From Eledone cirrhosa (lineage: Eukaryota), in the NCBI GenBank assembly GCA_964016885.1, contig OZ024741.1, positions 322,462,001-322,526,000 of the forward strand: DNA of 64,000 nucleotides, read 5' to 3'. The notes beneath the pieces are model-generated. The model was not told the DNA's origin, made no database searches, and saw only the letters and a program-made list of their open reading frames with translations. Made by a program: the position numbers and the translations under genes. Below, piece after piece: positions 13,650 through 26,970 of this stretch; the stretch's first letter is position 1, and each line of letters begins with the position of its first letter.

Positions 13650-14250
13650 TCAAGGTGGTTGAGTCATCGTAGGAATGTCAATCCAGTTACAGAGCAGATG
13701 TGATTTCAGGTGAGGACAACATCTGAAGATCTCGGTCTTGGAGTTCAGGCAAGTTGAAGTGGCTTTCAAGTTTTGTAGAATTCTAAATTTTTCAGTGGTA
13801 CACAAAGAACAATTCTTTGTGCCCCTTTGGTCTAAAATAGACCAATCGATAGAGTACGGGATGTTTTTATCTTTGAATTCCCACACCTTATTTGCGAGAG
13901 CCGTTGCTGTTCTTTTATCAGAGTGTTTAAAAGAAGCGACATGTGCATAAAACCTGGTTTTGAACCTGTCCTGAGTCATGCCAACATATCGTTCAATCCT
14001 GGCTGGCTGGTTGTTAATCAAAGGTGTCACATTGGCCTCATATACAACGGATTTGGTATTACATTTGCCCTGTAATGGGCATTCATCCGGCTTCCTGCAA
14101 CTGCATCCTGGATTTATTCTCGTACGATTAGAATTGGTGATTTTAGACTTCATCGATGGGCAGCAAGAGTAACTGATTTTAACTACATTTCTATTAAATA
14201 TCTTATAATATCTATGATTAGGGGGAAAATGTTTGTCTAAGAGGTAAAGG

Positions 14251-14255
<5 letters not shown>
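13650..14255 (-). mobile_element. Penelope-like GIY-YIG endonuclease region, 5'-truncated at (TA)n
   Basis: LDKHFPPNHRYYKIFNRNVVKISYSC upstream of the tracked Met; CSCRKPDECPLQGKC, VVY...YVG, FKTRF, CSLCTTEK, LNSKTEIFRCCPH. Confidence 0.9.
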
Positions 14256-14288
<33 letters not shown>

Positions 14289-14471
14289 TCGCTCTACATG
14301 GCTGAATACAATAAATGTAATCTGAATTTTTAATATTCGAAAAACTCAGATTACATTTATTATATATATATATATAACGAGAGAGAGGGGGAAGGATCAA
14401 TCCAGGTATATGGTTGATACTTTATTTATTGGCGTCAAAAGGACGAAAGGCAAAGCCTATTACTTCCTCAT

Positions 14472-14509
<38 letters not shown>

Positions 14510-15133
14510 GTATAGTTGACCCTGGCGGGATTTGAACCCACAGCGCCGAGAGCTGAAACAAACACCGCGAGGCATTCTAACGACTCTTTCACTTCGCTGC
14601 CTTTCAAAGAACAACATATCTTATAGAAATTATACACAAATACGACTCACGAAGTACAATCGATCGAAGTTTAATCTATTGAAAAAACGTTATGTACAAG
14701 CTCGCTGATGTTAAATCAACTGACGTGTAACACATCTGCAGAACTTCAGTTCTGTGGACACAGCACTGTCGAATTGTTAAGGAGTTCGATTCGCCAGACA
14801 CTAGCTAGTTGGTGTTAACTCAACTGGCGTATAAGCCGTGTATTAATCATCAGTTCAACTTATTGTAGCTCAACCCGTTCAACAACCTGAAGTATAACAT
14901 TCTCAACTACACACTTCTGAATCACCACCTTATGAAATCATTACTAATACCTAAGTAGAGAAACTTCAGCTAGAATCATGTACAATTACAAACCGTACAC
15001 GAGGTGTGAAAAATAAAACAACAGAAAACTAGAAATATAAAACTTCAGAAATACAATAGCAAAAAAACACGAAGCAACATTCTTACACGTTTCTACAGAG
15101 ACTACTTGTACTCTTATCAAAATTACAAACCTC

Positions 15134-15222
<89 letters not shown>

Positions 15223-15751
15223 CATATATGAATATAGATGCAGATATGACTGTGTGGTTAAGGAATTCACTCCCATTGTGTGATGTATTATGCAAGTCCC
15301 TTCTACTATAGTCTCGGGTTGATCAATGCCCTTGTGAATAAAATTTAGTAGACATAAATTTTAGAAGTCCGTCGGATATACATATCTGTTTGTGTGTATA
15401 TATATATATATATATATGTGGGGGGGGGGGGTTATATCCCGTAATACAACTGTTCGACAAAAATGAGATGATTAAAATAAGTACCAAATCTGGAAATAAA
15501 AATTACTGGGATCGATATGATCGATTGAATCACTTTAAGGCGGTGCCCTAGTATGGCCGCAGTTTAATGACTAAATTCGACAAAAGAATAAAGATAATAT
15601 ACGAATGTATTCTTGCGGCTAGAGTAAACTAAAAATTGACCAATTGTTGAATCACCGAAGACTGGCCTGCTTAGATGTATGACCAATATCTAGCTTTCTT
15701 AATATGTAAATGTATAGCCAACAGCTAAGTACTATAGATATATAGTATCTT

Positions 15752-15922
15752 TGACGGGGAGATCTCCCACCCACTTTGGGATGGGTGAGACATGTCTTCT
15801 CTTGTGAAAATGGGTATAGCTTTCATTATGTAAAATCTCCCAATTTTACCCCATTTCTCCCCGTTTTGAGGCATTTCTTTCAAGGTACTCTCCATTTGGG
15901 TTTTTAGAGGTTGGCAGATCTG
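15752..15922 (+). mobile_element. MITE family copy (one TIR missing)
   Basis: Collinear with 57699-57875; ends gaggttggcagatctg. Confidence 0.75.
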
Positions 15923-15924
15923 AA

Positions 15925-16260
15925 TGTATGACCAGCATCTTCATTACTTAAATGTTCAACCAACAACTAGCTTGTTTAATACTTAGATGTATAACCAACG
16001 ACTAGCCTTTTTAGTACTTAAATTTACGACCTATGACTAGCGTTTTTAGTACTTAAATGTATGACCTACGACTAGCTTGTTTAGTACTTAAATGTACGAC
16101 CAACGACATACCTCTTTAGTACTTAAATGTACGACTAGCGTTTTTAGTGTTTAAATGTACAACATACGATTTACCTCTTTAGTACTTAATGTACGATGGA
16201 CGTCTAGCCCCCTTAGTACTCAGATGTATGACCAACAGATGCTGTAAGCATCTTAACTGT
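15925..16260 (+). repeat. Degenerate ~32-bp tandem repeat
   Basis: Recurring ttagtacttaaatgtaYgacc..cgactag. Confidence 0.8.
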
Positions 16261-16725
16261 AGGCAACAATTGGCGGAGTTGTTAAAAGATAAGAGAGTAT
16301 GCTTTGTGCGTTCTGAGTTCAAATCCCACCTCCTTCTGCCAAGATTTGCTACCGGCAGACTATATCAGCAATAAAAAGGCCAATGGAAACATTGTTTCCT
16401 TGGTCCAATAATCTGTGCATCGGCTCCTTTCCATTTCTGCAAAGAGATGTAACCAACACATAGTATTAGGCCAAGCGAAAAATTGTTCCAAATTGGTCAA
16501 ATCAGATGATCACGCCTTTCCTTTATTCCTTCTTTTGATAGCAGTGCTCCAGCTTGGTCACAGTTAACTGTCTGGAAACAGTAAATAAGTAAAAAATTAA
16601 AAATGGTAACGTGAGAAAAATCTTACATTTAATCAAATATATTTGAATAATAAAACTGTTGCCAATACTCACATCACATAGTCACATCACACAGTCACAC
16701 ACATAAGTGTGTTTCCGTCTATATA

Positions 16726-16779
<54 letters not shown>

Positions 16780-16898
16780 CATACACATATATATTTGTAT
16801 ATAAATATGCACACATCTATATGAATATGTGTATATATACATATATATGTATATATAGGTATATCTATCTATTTATATATATAAACACCCACACACAC

Positions 16899-16980
<82 letters not shown>

Positions 16981-17340
16981 GCATATTCATATATATATAT
17001 GTGTGTATAAGTGTGTATGTGTATTTTTGTACGTGTGTTTGCGTATTATCATAAACCTGATCATAACATTGACTCGAATTTTTGCTGTCTAACTGCAGGT
17101 GCATAGTGAGTCTTCGCGAAGGTGTGGTGCTAGTCTGACCTAAATATAATATTTCGATGTGAATCTTAACAATGTTCCTGTTAACGTCATTGAGAAGCTG
17201 TATGTATATTCACATTGGTTGTTTACGTTTTGTTTCTGGGTGTGTTGTATCTGTTGTTCATTACGCTAACTTCCATGGGTTGTTTTTGTAGTGTATAATG
17301 AGGGAGACCTCGTGTCTAGACGTATTTTGTGTTGTAATGT

Positions 17341-18378
17341 ATTTTATCATGAAATTAACGATGATTTTATTCATTATATATATTTGTATGTATATATTAC
17401 TTAGATAACATATTTAATATATTTTCTTCTGTTTTAATTTTAATTTTTGTTCTAATAGAGTAATTAGCTTTAGATATTTTAAAAGTATTCTTTAAATATG
17501 TTGTATCATACTATATTATATTGCATTATGGTGGATCGGCAGTATCGGGAGAGGGTCGGACGCCATGCTTTGACGCATAGAGTTATGGCCCTTGCCATTC
17601 TGAGTTCAAATCCCGCCGAGGTTAACTTTGCCTTTCATCCTTACGAGGTCGATAAAATAAAGTACCAGTAATGCACTGGGTAATTGCTGGCCTTGTGCCA
17701 AAAGTAGAAACAATTATATTATATGTATATATTAATTCATTAGAATAGCTGTTACTAAACCAGTGTCAACTGTTTGCTCATATATGACATACATATTTGC
17801 AACTGGAAATCCTTAAAGCACTATTAAGTAATGCTCTTGTGGATGAAGTTAATATACTGACGAAGATAAAATTCATCCACAAGAGCATTACTTAATAGTG
17901 CTTTAAGGATTTCCAGTTGCAAATATGTATGTCATATATGAGCAAACAGTTGACACTGGATTAGTAACAGCTATTCTAATGAATTAATATATACATATAA
18001 TATAATTGTTTCTACTTTTGGCACAAGGCCAGCAATTACCCAGTGCATTACTGGTACTTTATTTTATCGACCTCGTAAGGATGAAAGGCAAAGTTAACCT
18101 CGGCGGGATTTGAACTCAGAATGGCAAGGGCCATAACTCTATGCGTCAAAGCATGGCGTCCGACCCTCTCCCGATACTGCCGATCCACCATAATGCAATA
18201 TAATATAGTATGATACAACATATTTAAAGAATACTTTTAAAATATCTAAAGCTAATTACTCTATTAGAACAAAAATTAAAATTAAAACAGAAGAAAATAT
18301 ATTAAATATGTTATCTAAGTAATATATACATACAAATATATATAATGAATAAAATCATCGTTAATTTCATGATAAAAT
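17341..18378. repeat. Near-perfect palindrome, 507-bp arms, 24-bp spacer, with a SINE A copy in each arm
   Basis: 17341-17847 is the reverse complement of 17872-18378; one mismatch seen (taaac vs ggatta). Confidence 0.95.
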
Positions 18379-18852
18379 GTCACCCTGAATTTGACTCATC
18401 TTTTGCCGCAATAAGAAGGCACGGGGATTATTTCTCCGATTCTTAGAGTTGTGAGGGAGTGTGACTTCACCTCCTCCATGCTGGAAAATCTAACTTCAAC
18501 AGCAGTATATCTTTTTCCTCGCGTGATGTGCGTTTTCTGCCCCACACACGCCAAAGGGTCTTTTGTCTGTAATATCCGGTTGGTTGGCTTTGATCTCCAT
18601 GTGTATTGGCATATCCCAGAGTATGGCTGCTTTGTCATTCTCTGATACCATTTCTAGTGTATGTCTGTACCATCTATTTTCTGTTGGTATTTCTTAGCGT
18701 TGGCATAGCGACCAATGTAACTAAATACCAACTCTATCATGTCTATAGATATATTATGTTTTGACTCAGACTGGCTAGCCAGAGACAATGTGGCTAATTA
18801 TTTCTTCCTCACCACTATATATTCTGCTACATTATGTATTTTCGGTGGTTTC

Positions 18853-18970
18853 TGTTGAAGAAGCTTTGATCTTGTTCTGCAATTAGAAATCCTTCAGTTT
18901 CGGCTTTTAGTCCAGTACTTAGCCAGTTTTAAGAATTTTGCTTGTTCACTTCCTCCCTGTTCAGCTTTTT
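18853..18970 (-). pseudogene. R4/Dong-like non-LTR fragment
   Basis: KLNREEVNKQNS*NWLSTGLKAETEGFLIAEQDQS. Confidence 0.75.
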
Positions 18971-19130
18971 GGAGCATTAGTAGTTAAAGATCACAAAAAT
19001 AAAACGATGTCTTCTAATTAACGTATCGATTCCCGCAGACGACACTATATATATATATGTGTGTTTTCATTTCCTCGATATATATATATATATGATATAT
19101 ATATATGATATGTATATGTATGTACATATA

Positions 19131-19209
<79 letters not shown>

Positions 19210-19267
19210 TCATATATATATATATACATATATATGATATATATATATGATATGTATATGTATGTAC

Positions 19268-19328
<61 letters not shown>

Positions 19329-19329
19329 C

Positions 19330-19426
<97 letters not shown>

Positions 19427-19548
19427 CATATATATGATATATATATGTATGTACATATATATATATATATATATATATGATATATATATATATTATATAT
19501 ATATACATATACTATTGGCTTCTTGCTCACAATAATTTCTATATTTTC

Positions 19549-19631
<83 letters not shown>

Positions 19632-19687
19632 TACACACACACACACATACATACACACATACATACATACATACATATATATATATC

Positions 19688-19885
19688 AAGGAAATGAAAA
19701 CATTATCCAAATATAAAGATCTGAAGATAGAAATAACAGGAATAATGATGAGAAGAGAAACAATGCCTATAACAATAGGTGTTCTGGGAATGGTAAACAC
19801 CACACAGATAGATATATAACTACAAATCTCAACACTTACAGATATATATACCAGAAAGAAAATAGCACGGCTATACACCACTCAG
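19688..19885 (+). pseudogene. R4/Dong-like endonuclease C-terminal fragment
   Basis: [16 protein letters not shown]...[10 protein letters not shown]. Confidence 0.75.
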
Positions 19886-19899
19886 AGTTAGTTATTATT

Positions 19900-19994
19900 A
19901 TTTTTGTTGTTGTTACTATTGTTATGTTGCTACTGTTGTTGTTGTTGTTGTTGTTATGTTGCTACTGTTGTTGTTGTTGTTGTGATGATGCCAC

Positions 19995-20031
<37 letters not shown>

Positions 20032-20041
20032 ATGTTGCTAC

Positions 20042-20075
<34 letters not shown>

Positions 20076-20757
20076 ATTGTGATGTTGCTACTGTTGTTGT
20101 TGTTGTTGTTGTTATTGTTATGTTGCTACTGTTGTTTTTGTTGTTGTTGTTGTTATTGTTATGTTGCTACTGTTGTTTTTGTTGTTGTTAAGTTGCTACT
20201 GTTGTTGTTGTTGTTATTGTTATGTTGCCACTGTTGTTGTTGTTATTGTTATCTTGCCACTGTTGTTGTTGTTGTTATTGTTATTGTTATGTTGCCACTG
20301 TTGTTGTTGTTGTTATTATTGTTATGTTGCCACTGTTGTTGTTATTGTTGTTATGTTGCCACTGTTGTTGTTGTTGTTGTTATGTTGCCACTGTTGTTGT
20401 TGTTGTTATGTTGCCACTGTTGTTGTTGTTGTTGTTGTTGTTATTATTGTTATGTTGCTACTGCTGCTGTTGTTGTTGTTGTTGTTATTATTGTTATGTT
20501 GCTACTGTTGTTGTTGTTATTATTATTATGTTGCTACTGTTGTTGTTATTATTATTATGTTGCTACTGTTGTTGTTGTTGTTGTTGTTATTATTGTTATG
20601 TTGCTACTGTTGTTGTTGTTGTTGTTATCATTGTTATGTTGCTACTATTGTTATGTTGCTACTGTTGTTGTTGTTGTTGTTATCATTGTTATGTTGCTAC
20701 TATTGTTATGTTGCTACTGTTGTTGTTGTTGTTATGTTACTATTGTTATGTTGCTAC

Positions 20758-20788
<31 letters not shown>

Positions 20789-21305
20789 GTTGTTGTTACT
20801 ATTGCTATGTTGTTGCTGTAGATTGTGTTGTTGTAGTTGGTGTTGTTTTGTTGCTGCTGCTGTTGTTGTCGATGTTGCTGTTGATGCTGTAGATTAAGTT
20901 GTTGTTGTTTGTGTTGTTGTTGTTGTTTTTGGTGGTGGTGTGGTTGGTGGTGTTGTTGTCGTTAATGTTGCTGTTCATATTGCTGTTGTTAGTGTTGCTG
21001 CAAACATTGCTGTCGTTGTTGTTGTTGTTGTTGTTGTTGTTGGTGCTGGTGGTGGTGGTGATGGTGATGGTGTTGTTTTTGTTTGCTGCTGTTGCTGTTG
21101 ATGTTGTTGTTGTTGCTGCTGTTGTTCTTGAGTTGTTGCTGTTGATTCTGTTGTTACTGTTGTTGCTGTTGTAGTAGTTGATGTTGTTTTTTTGCTGCTG
21201 CTGTTGTTGTTGGTGTTTCTGTTGATGTTGCTATTGTTGCTGTTGTTGTTGCTGTTGATTCTGTTGTTACAGCTGCTGATGATATTGTTGTTGTTATTGT
21301 TATTA
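19900..21305 (+). repeat. (TTG)n-based compound repeat with recurring ttatgttgcYactg motif
   Basis: Direct reading; explains the poly-L/V/C ORFs. Confidence 0.95.
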
Positions 21306-21547
21306 TATGTGGACTTTATGGTGATATGGCGTCTTTTCCAGCGATCTATTATGGATTACATTAATAATGATTATTATTTTTTGTTTTTATTTGTTTGGAA
21401 TTAACTCGAAAGGTGAACGTAAATTTCATTAAAAAATTTTTTCTCCTTAATTAAGTCTCCGCCACACCACTCCGACCACAAAGACAAAAAAAGAGAAAGC
21501 GACATTTCTTGTGTTCGCCAGAATTCTCAACAACAATGTCAGGGAAC

Positions 21548-22560
21548 ATGCCATCCATCCTCCCCGCCACCACGCCATTACGTCACTACGCCACCTTGCC
21601 ATCATACCACCCCGCCACTACATTACCCCACCACCCCTCCCGCCACCACGCCACTACGTCACTACGCCACCTTTCCATCATACCACCCCGCCACTACATT
21701 ACCCCACCACCCCTCCCCGCCACCACGCCACTACGCCACCTTGCCATCATACCACCCCGCCACTACATTACCCCACCACCCCTCCCCGCCACCACGCCAC
21801 TACGCCACCTTGCCATCATACCACCCCGCCACTACATTACCCCCACCACCCCTCCCCGCCACCGCGCCACTACGCCACTACGCCACCTTGCCATCATACC
21901 ACCCCGCCACTACAATACCTCGCCACCGCGCCACTACGCCACTACGCCACCTTGCCATCATACCACCCCGCCACTACATTACCCCACCACCCCTCCCCGC
22001 CACCGCGCCACTACGCCACTACGCCACCTTGCCATTATACCACCCCGCCACTACATTACCCCACCACCTCTCCCCGCCACCACGCCACTACGCCACCTTG
22101 CCATCATACCACCCCACCACAACATTACCCCACCACCCCTCCCCGCCACCACGCCACTACGCCACCTTGCCATCATACCACCCCACCACAACATTACCCC
22201 ACCACCCCTCCCCGCCACCACGCCACTAGGCCACCTTGCCATCATACCATCCCACCACTACATTACCCCACCACCTCACCCCGCCACCACGCCACCACGC
22301 CACCTTGCCATTATACCACCCCGCCACTACACTACCCCACCAGCCCTCCCTGCCACCACGCCACTACGCCACCTTGCCATCATACCACCCCGCCATCTTG
22401 CCATCATACCACCTCGCCACTACATTACCCCATCACCACGCCACTTCGTCACCACGCCACCACACCACCACGCCACCACACCATCCTGCCACCAATCTAC
22501 TACGGCATTCTACAATCCCACCACTACACCACCCCGCCACCCCACAATTCCACCACTCCA
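21548..22560 (+). repeat. ~69-bp C-rich minisatellite
   Basis: ccaccttgccatcataccaccccgccactacattaccccaccacccctccccgccaccacgccactacg at 21736, 21805 etc.; some units carry an 8-bp insertion. Confidence 0.9.
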
Positions 22561-22688
22561 CCAAGACAGGCCAAAAGCCTGACGTTTACACAGAGTCACA
22601 GAAACAAAAGATATTGGTATTGATATCAGTAACGGCAACGAAAATAACATAAAAATATTCAACAACAACAAAAGTAATAACAGTACTG

Positions 22689-22721
<33 letters not shown>

Positions 22722-22900
22722 TATTGTTAAAGGAAAAACTAACATCTTTTTTTTTTAAATGTCTGATAACTCCAATGTTTTTAATATGAATATTTTATGA
22801 ATTAATGATAGTGACTGCTTACCTAAAACAACAACAGCAGCAACAATAGTGACACAAACAACTGCTGCAGCAATATCAACAGCAGTACCAACAGTAGCAA

Positions 22901-22943
<43 letters not shown>

Positions 22944-23017
22944 AACAGCAGCACCAGCAGTAGTAACAACAGTGATTTCTTTTGTATACCACAAAAATTA
23001 CCGAACTACATTAATAA

Positions 23018-23548
23018 TAATTGTTTCTGTTTTAGGCACAAGGCCAGCAATTTGAAAAGGATGGGAAAGTCAATTAAATCGACCTCAGTGCATTACTGGT
23101 GTTTTATTTTATCGACCACGTAAGGATGAAAGGCAAAGCTAACCTTCGCGGGATTTGAACTCAGAACGAAAAGGGCCGTAACTCTATGCCGCAAAGCGTG
23201 TTGTCCGACGCTCTGCCGATACTGCCATTCTACCGCCTTACACCCATAATGGTGTTTTATATAACAAGGCCAGCAATTTTGGGGAGGGGAAAGTCGATTA
23301 AATCGACCCCAATACGTTACTGGTGCTTTATTTTATCGACCCCGTAAGCATGAAAGGCAAAGTTAACCTCGGCGGGATTTGAACTCAGATCATAAAGGGC
23401 CGACGTTCTACCAATACTGCCAGTCTCTCGCCCCACAATAATAGAATAATAATTGTTTCTACTTTAGGCACGAGGCTAGCAATTTTGGGTGAGGGGAAAG
23501 TCGATTAAATCGACCTCAGTACATTACTGGTACTTTATTTTATCGACT
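23018..23548 (-). mobile_element. Three head-to-tail SINE A copies (last one partial)
   Basis: Repeated aaggccagcaattt...gtcgattaaatcgacc...tttatcgac blocks. Confidence 0.85.
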
Positions 23549-23725
23549 GAATTGAATATTTATGCTCTGTGATTTTCACGGTCTTCAACTACCAACGTCA
23601 TATCCGCCGGATTCCACCCAGGATTTTGTATCCTATATGATTTGATCTGAATAACACATCGTGCTCCAACGCACCTTGTTAAATTAAACCACGAGTGGAT
23701 TTATCCAATTTCAATTATTCTCATA

Positions 23726-23800
<75 letters not shown>

Positions 23801-24377
23801 TCATTTCTATTCTCCATATATTTCATCATGTTTTTCGCTGTGACCATTCTTCTCTCCTCTTCTACGTTACCTATTTCGCTACTTTCTACTCTCACCCCTC
23901 TTTCTTCTTCTCCCTTTCTCCCTATCTACTCATACCCTACTTTCTTCCTCTCCCTTTCTCCCTCTCACCCCCTCGCCTGACCGTTTAGCAGTTCTCTTCT
24001 CACTTACAACTGCGGCGATCGGACGTGTGTCTTATTTCTCTCGATTACTCAGTCTCGAACTTAAGTTCTTTTATCGAGTGGTCTTGGATTTCCTACCTAT
24101 AGTTGCTCGCACATTGCTCGGTTTGTTGGGTTTTTTTTCGCTGTTCTCTTACTGTTTCTCTTTTCTTCCCATTTGCTTTCCTTCCCTCCTTTCTCTGTTT
24201 TCCCAATAACTTATCCAGGTATTTACGCCCGGGGGCGAGGTATATTTTCTTTAAAGCGTAGATATATCCGAGACACTCAGTAGACAACTGATGAGCCCCC
24301 CCCCCCCGTTCTTGCTTTCGTATTCCCACTGCATTTTAAGTTACCTTAAATAGCAACTACACAGCCATTTCTATTCT

Positions 24378-24434
<57 letters not shown>

Positions 24435-24439
<5 letters not shown>

Positions 24440-24789
24440 GGAATAGAAAATGCTGACAAATTGTTCACAGTTGAAAAATGGTTTAATTAGGAATAAAAGA
24501 GTATTAGTGATTGTATGGGTTAGTATTCAGTTGTGGTTTTAAGTTTTTAAGTTTCAGATCAGAGCAAACAGCACGGACACTCTATCTCAAAATTATTTTT
24601 GAAAAGCATTTAGAAATGCGCAACCGGTAAAAACTTAAAAACTTAAAACCACAACTGAATACTAACCCATACAATCACTAATACTCTTTTATTCCTAATT
24701 AAACCATTTTTCAACTGTGAACAATTTGTCAGCATTTTCTATTCCGTTTACCAATATATAATAACTTGTGTGTTACACCTCTATTCTTT

Positions 24790-24794
<5 letters not shown>
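24435..24794 (+). mobile_element. (TA)n-flanked fold-back insert, 120-bp arms, decayed HHR in the spacer
   Basis: 24435-24554 is the reverse complement of 24631-24750. Spacer holds tttTTGAAAA-GCATT-taga-AATGC-GCAA-CCGG-TA-aaaa. Confidence 0.75.
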
Positions 24795-24868
<74 letters not shown>

Positions 24869-25576
24869 ACAGCACTTTGACTTGTGTCAGACGCTATGAC
24901 CTCGGGTTGATCAGCAGTACCGTTGGTAGGAGTCGAAGCTGCCAAAATCCATCTTAACGCCCCTTTTTCATTTTGCTTTGTTTTCGTTGGATGCGTCCAG
25001 GGGTCATATATGCTATGATATGAGGTAATTATCGTGAAACATTATCGCAATAAGACACATCGCAATATATAATGGAAATCTTACTTTGCAAATGCTTTTA
25101 AGTTTGAACTCTCATTAGAGATGTGTCTAGAATAACCATGTCTGTCGTAAAATCAACAGCTTGCTTTTATGTGGCCTATCGATTTGCTAGAAATAGCAGT
25201 CAAATCTCTTGAATCACTTGGATCATAACCTGCTGACTGAAGAAAAAACGACTAAAAAGAAAACTAAAAAGAAAAATGCCAAACAGTTACGGAAATATAT
25301 AATGTAAATATGAATGTTCTTGTGGATTCATTATCTTGTAGATACTCACCTATATGTATGTGCGTGTATATATATATATACACAGTCGCCGACTGGCCAG
25401 GTTGTCAGCTTATCTGATGGCAAGTGGGTACCTCAGGGACCCATGGAAGTACTTTAGGGGCCAATATAAAAACGTTGCTTTCAAAGAAAATATCAGCCCT
25501 AGAGAAAGAGTAAAAAATTAAGAAAAACCACAAATACAACAATTAAGCATACTAGGGTCGACTTTTACATGAGATC

Positions 25577-25680
<104 letters not shown>

Positions 25681-25721
25681 AATGTACGAAGCCAAACTTT
25701 CGTTTTTTGAAGCGAAGAGAA

Positions 25722-26022
25722 TATATGTAATTATATAAGTATAAAGAAACTGCTTAAGCGCAGAAATGCTGTAAAGATAGCTTATAAAATAGGGTGAACA
25801 ACCTTAAAAGACAGAAAAAGAATTTGCCAACGACTGGTATGAGGAATGGAACCCCATATTTGCCAGATAGCGGCTAGAAGATATCTGGCAGATATGGGGT
25901 TTAATTCCTCATAGCGGTCGTTGCCAAATTCTTTTCCTGTCTTTTAAGAGTCTTCACCCTATTTTATAATCTTTATAACATTTCTACGCTGGACACTTTC
26001 TTTATACTTATACAATCAAATA
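25722..26022. repeat. Diverged palindrome, ~145-bp arms
   Basis: ...gaggaatggaaccccatatttgccagata-gcggctagaaga-tatctggcagatatggggtttaattcctc...; ataaaatagggtgaa / ttcaccctattttat. Confidence 0.85.
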
Positions 26023-26142
26023 TATATATACATACATATATAATATCCTTCCATACAGGCTTCGTTTATTCTATCTTTTGTCAGACACTACTTTTAATAT
26101 TATTTATTTTCATATTTTCCCTTACAAACGACTAATGATTTA

Positions 26143-26206
<64 letters not shown>

Positions 26207-26345
26207 TTGTTTGTAAGGGAAAATAGGAAAATAAATAATATTAAAAGTAATGTCAGACTCTACTTTTAATATTATTTATTTTCATATTTTCCCTTACAAA
26301 CAACTAATGATATATATATATATATATATGGTAATAAGGTGGTAA

Positions 26346-26388
<43 letters not shown>

Positions 26389-26970
26389 GATAAATCTACC
26401 AAGAGTTTACGGTAGTGTCCAATCCGTATGAAGAACTCAATGTATTCCGGATATCATGGAAAGAAGAGATGTAATGAAAAATCACTTTCGGTGAAAGATA
26501 AACGGAATACAGAGTCAAGATAAAATATTAAACAAATAATGAATAAAACAATGAAACAGTTCCTTATATTAAACAAAAAAAGTTCATTATTTAACGATCG
26601 TTTCTAGGATATATATGTGTTAGAATTGGCATGCATATTCAACAGATCTATGTACAAAATTATACAAAATTATACAAACTATCAAGATTAAATATACATA
26701 CCAAACACACATATATGCCGTCTTCAGAAATAATGAAATATATTTATTGATAATAACAACAATTCAAAATTTCAGGTCCGTTTGGGAACGGAGTTCAAAA
26801 TTGACCAATGAAAATACAAAAAGTTTTATGCAGTTTGGTGTGTGTATATACATGTAACTAACCCCGTACACATATTTATACAAAGATATATGCTCAACAT
26901 GCATACGCATGCCAAAAAGATGTATGCAAATACAAAAATTCAAGGCTAATGTCTCTGTAAGCTTATAATC

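Noticed and set aside
18396-18638. 80-aa ORF as a host gene
   Set aside because: Short, lies among retroelement debris, and has no recognisable domain; possibly a LINE ORF1 remnant, but unsupported.
21509-22623. 357/370-aa Pro/His-rich ORFs
   Set aside because: Read-through of a 69-bp minisatellite with 8-bp indels, open in multiple frames.
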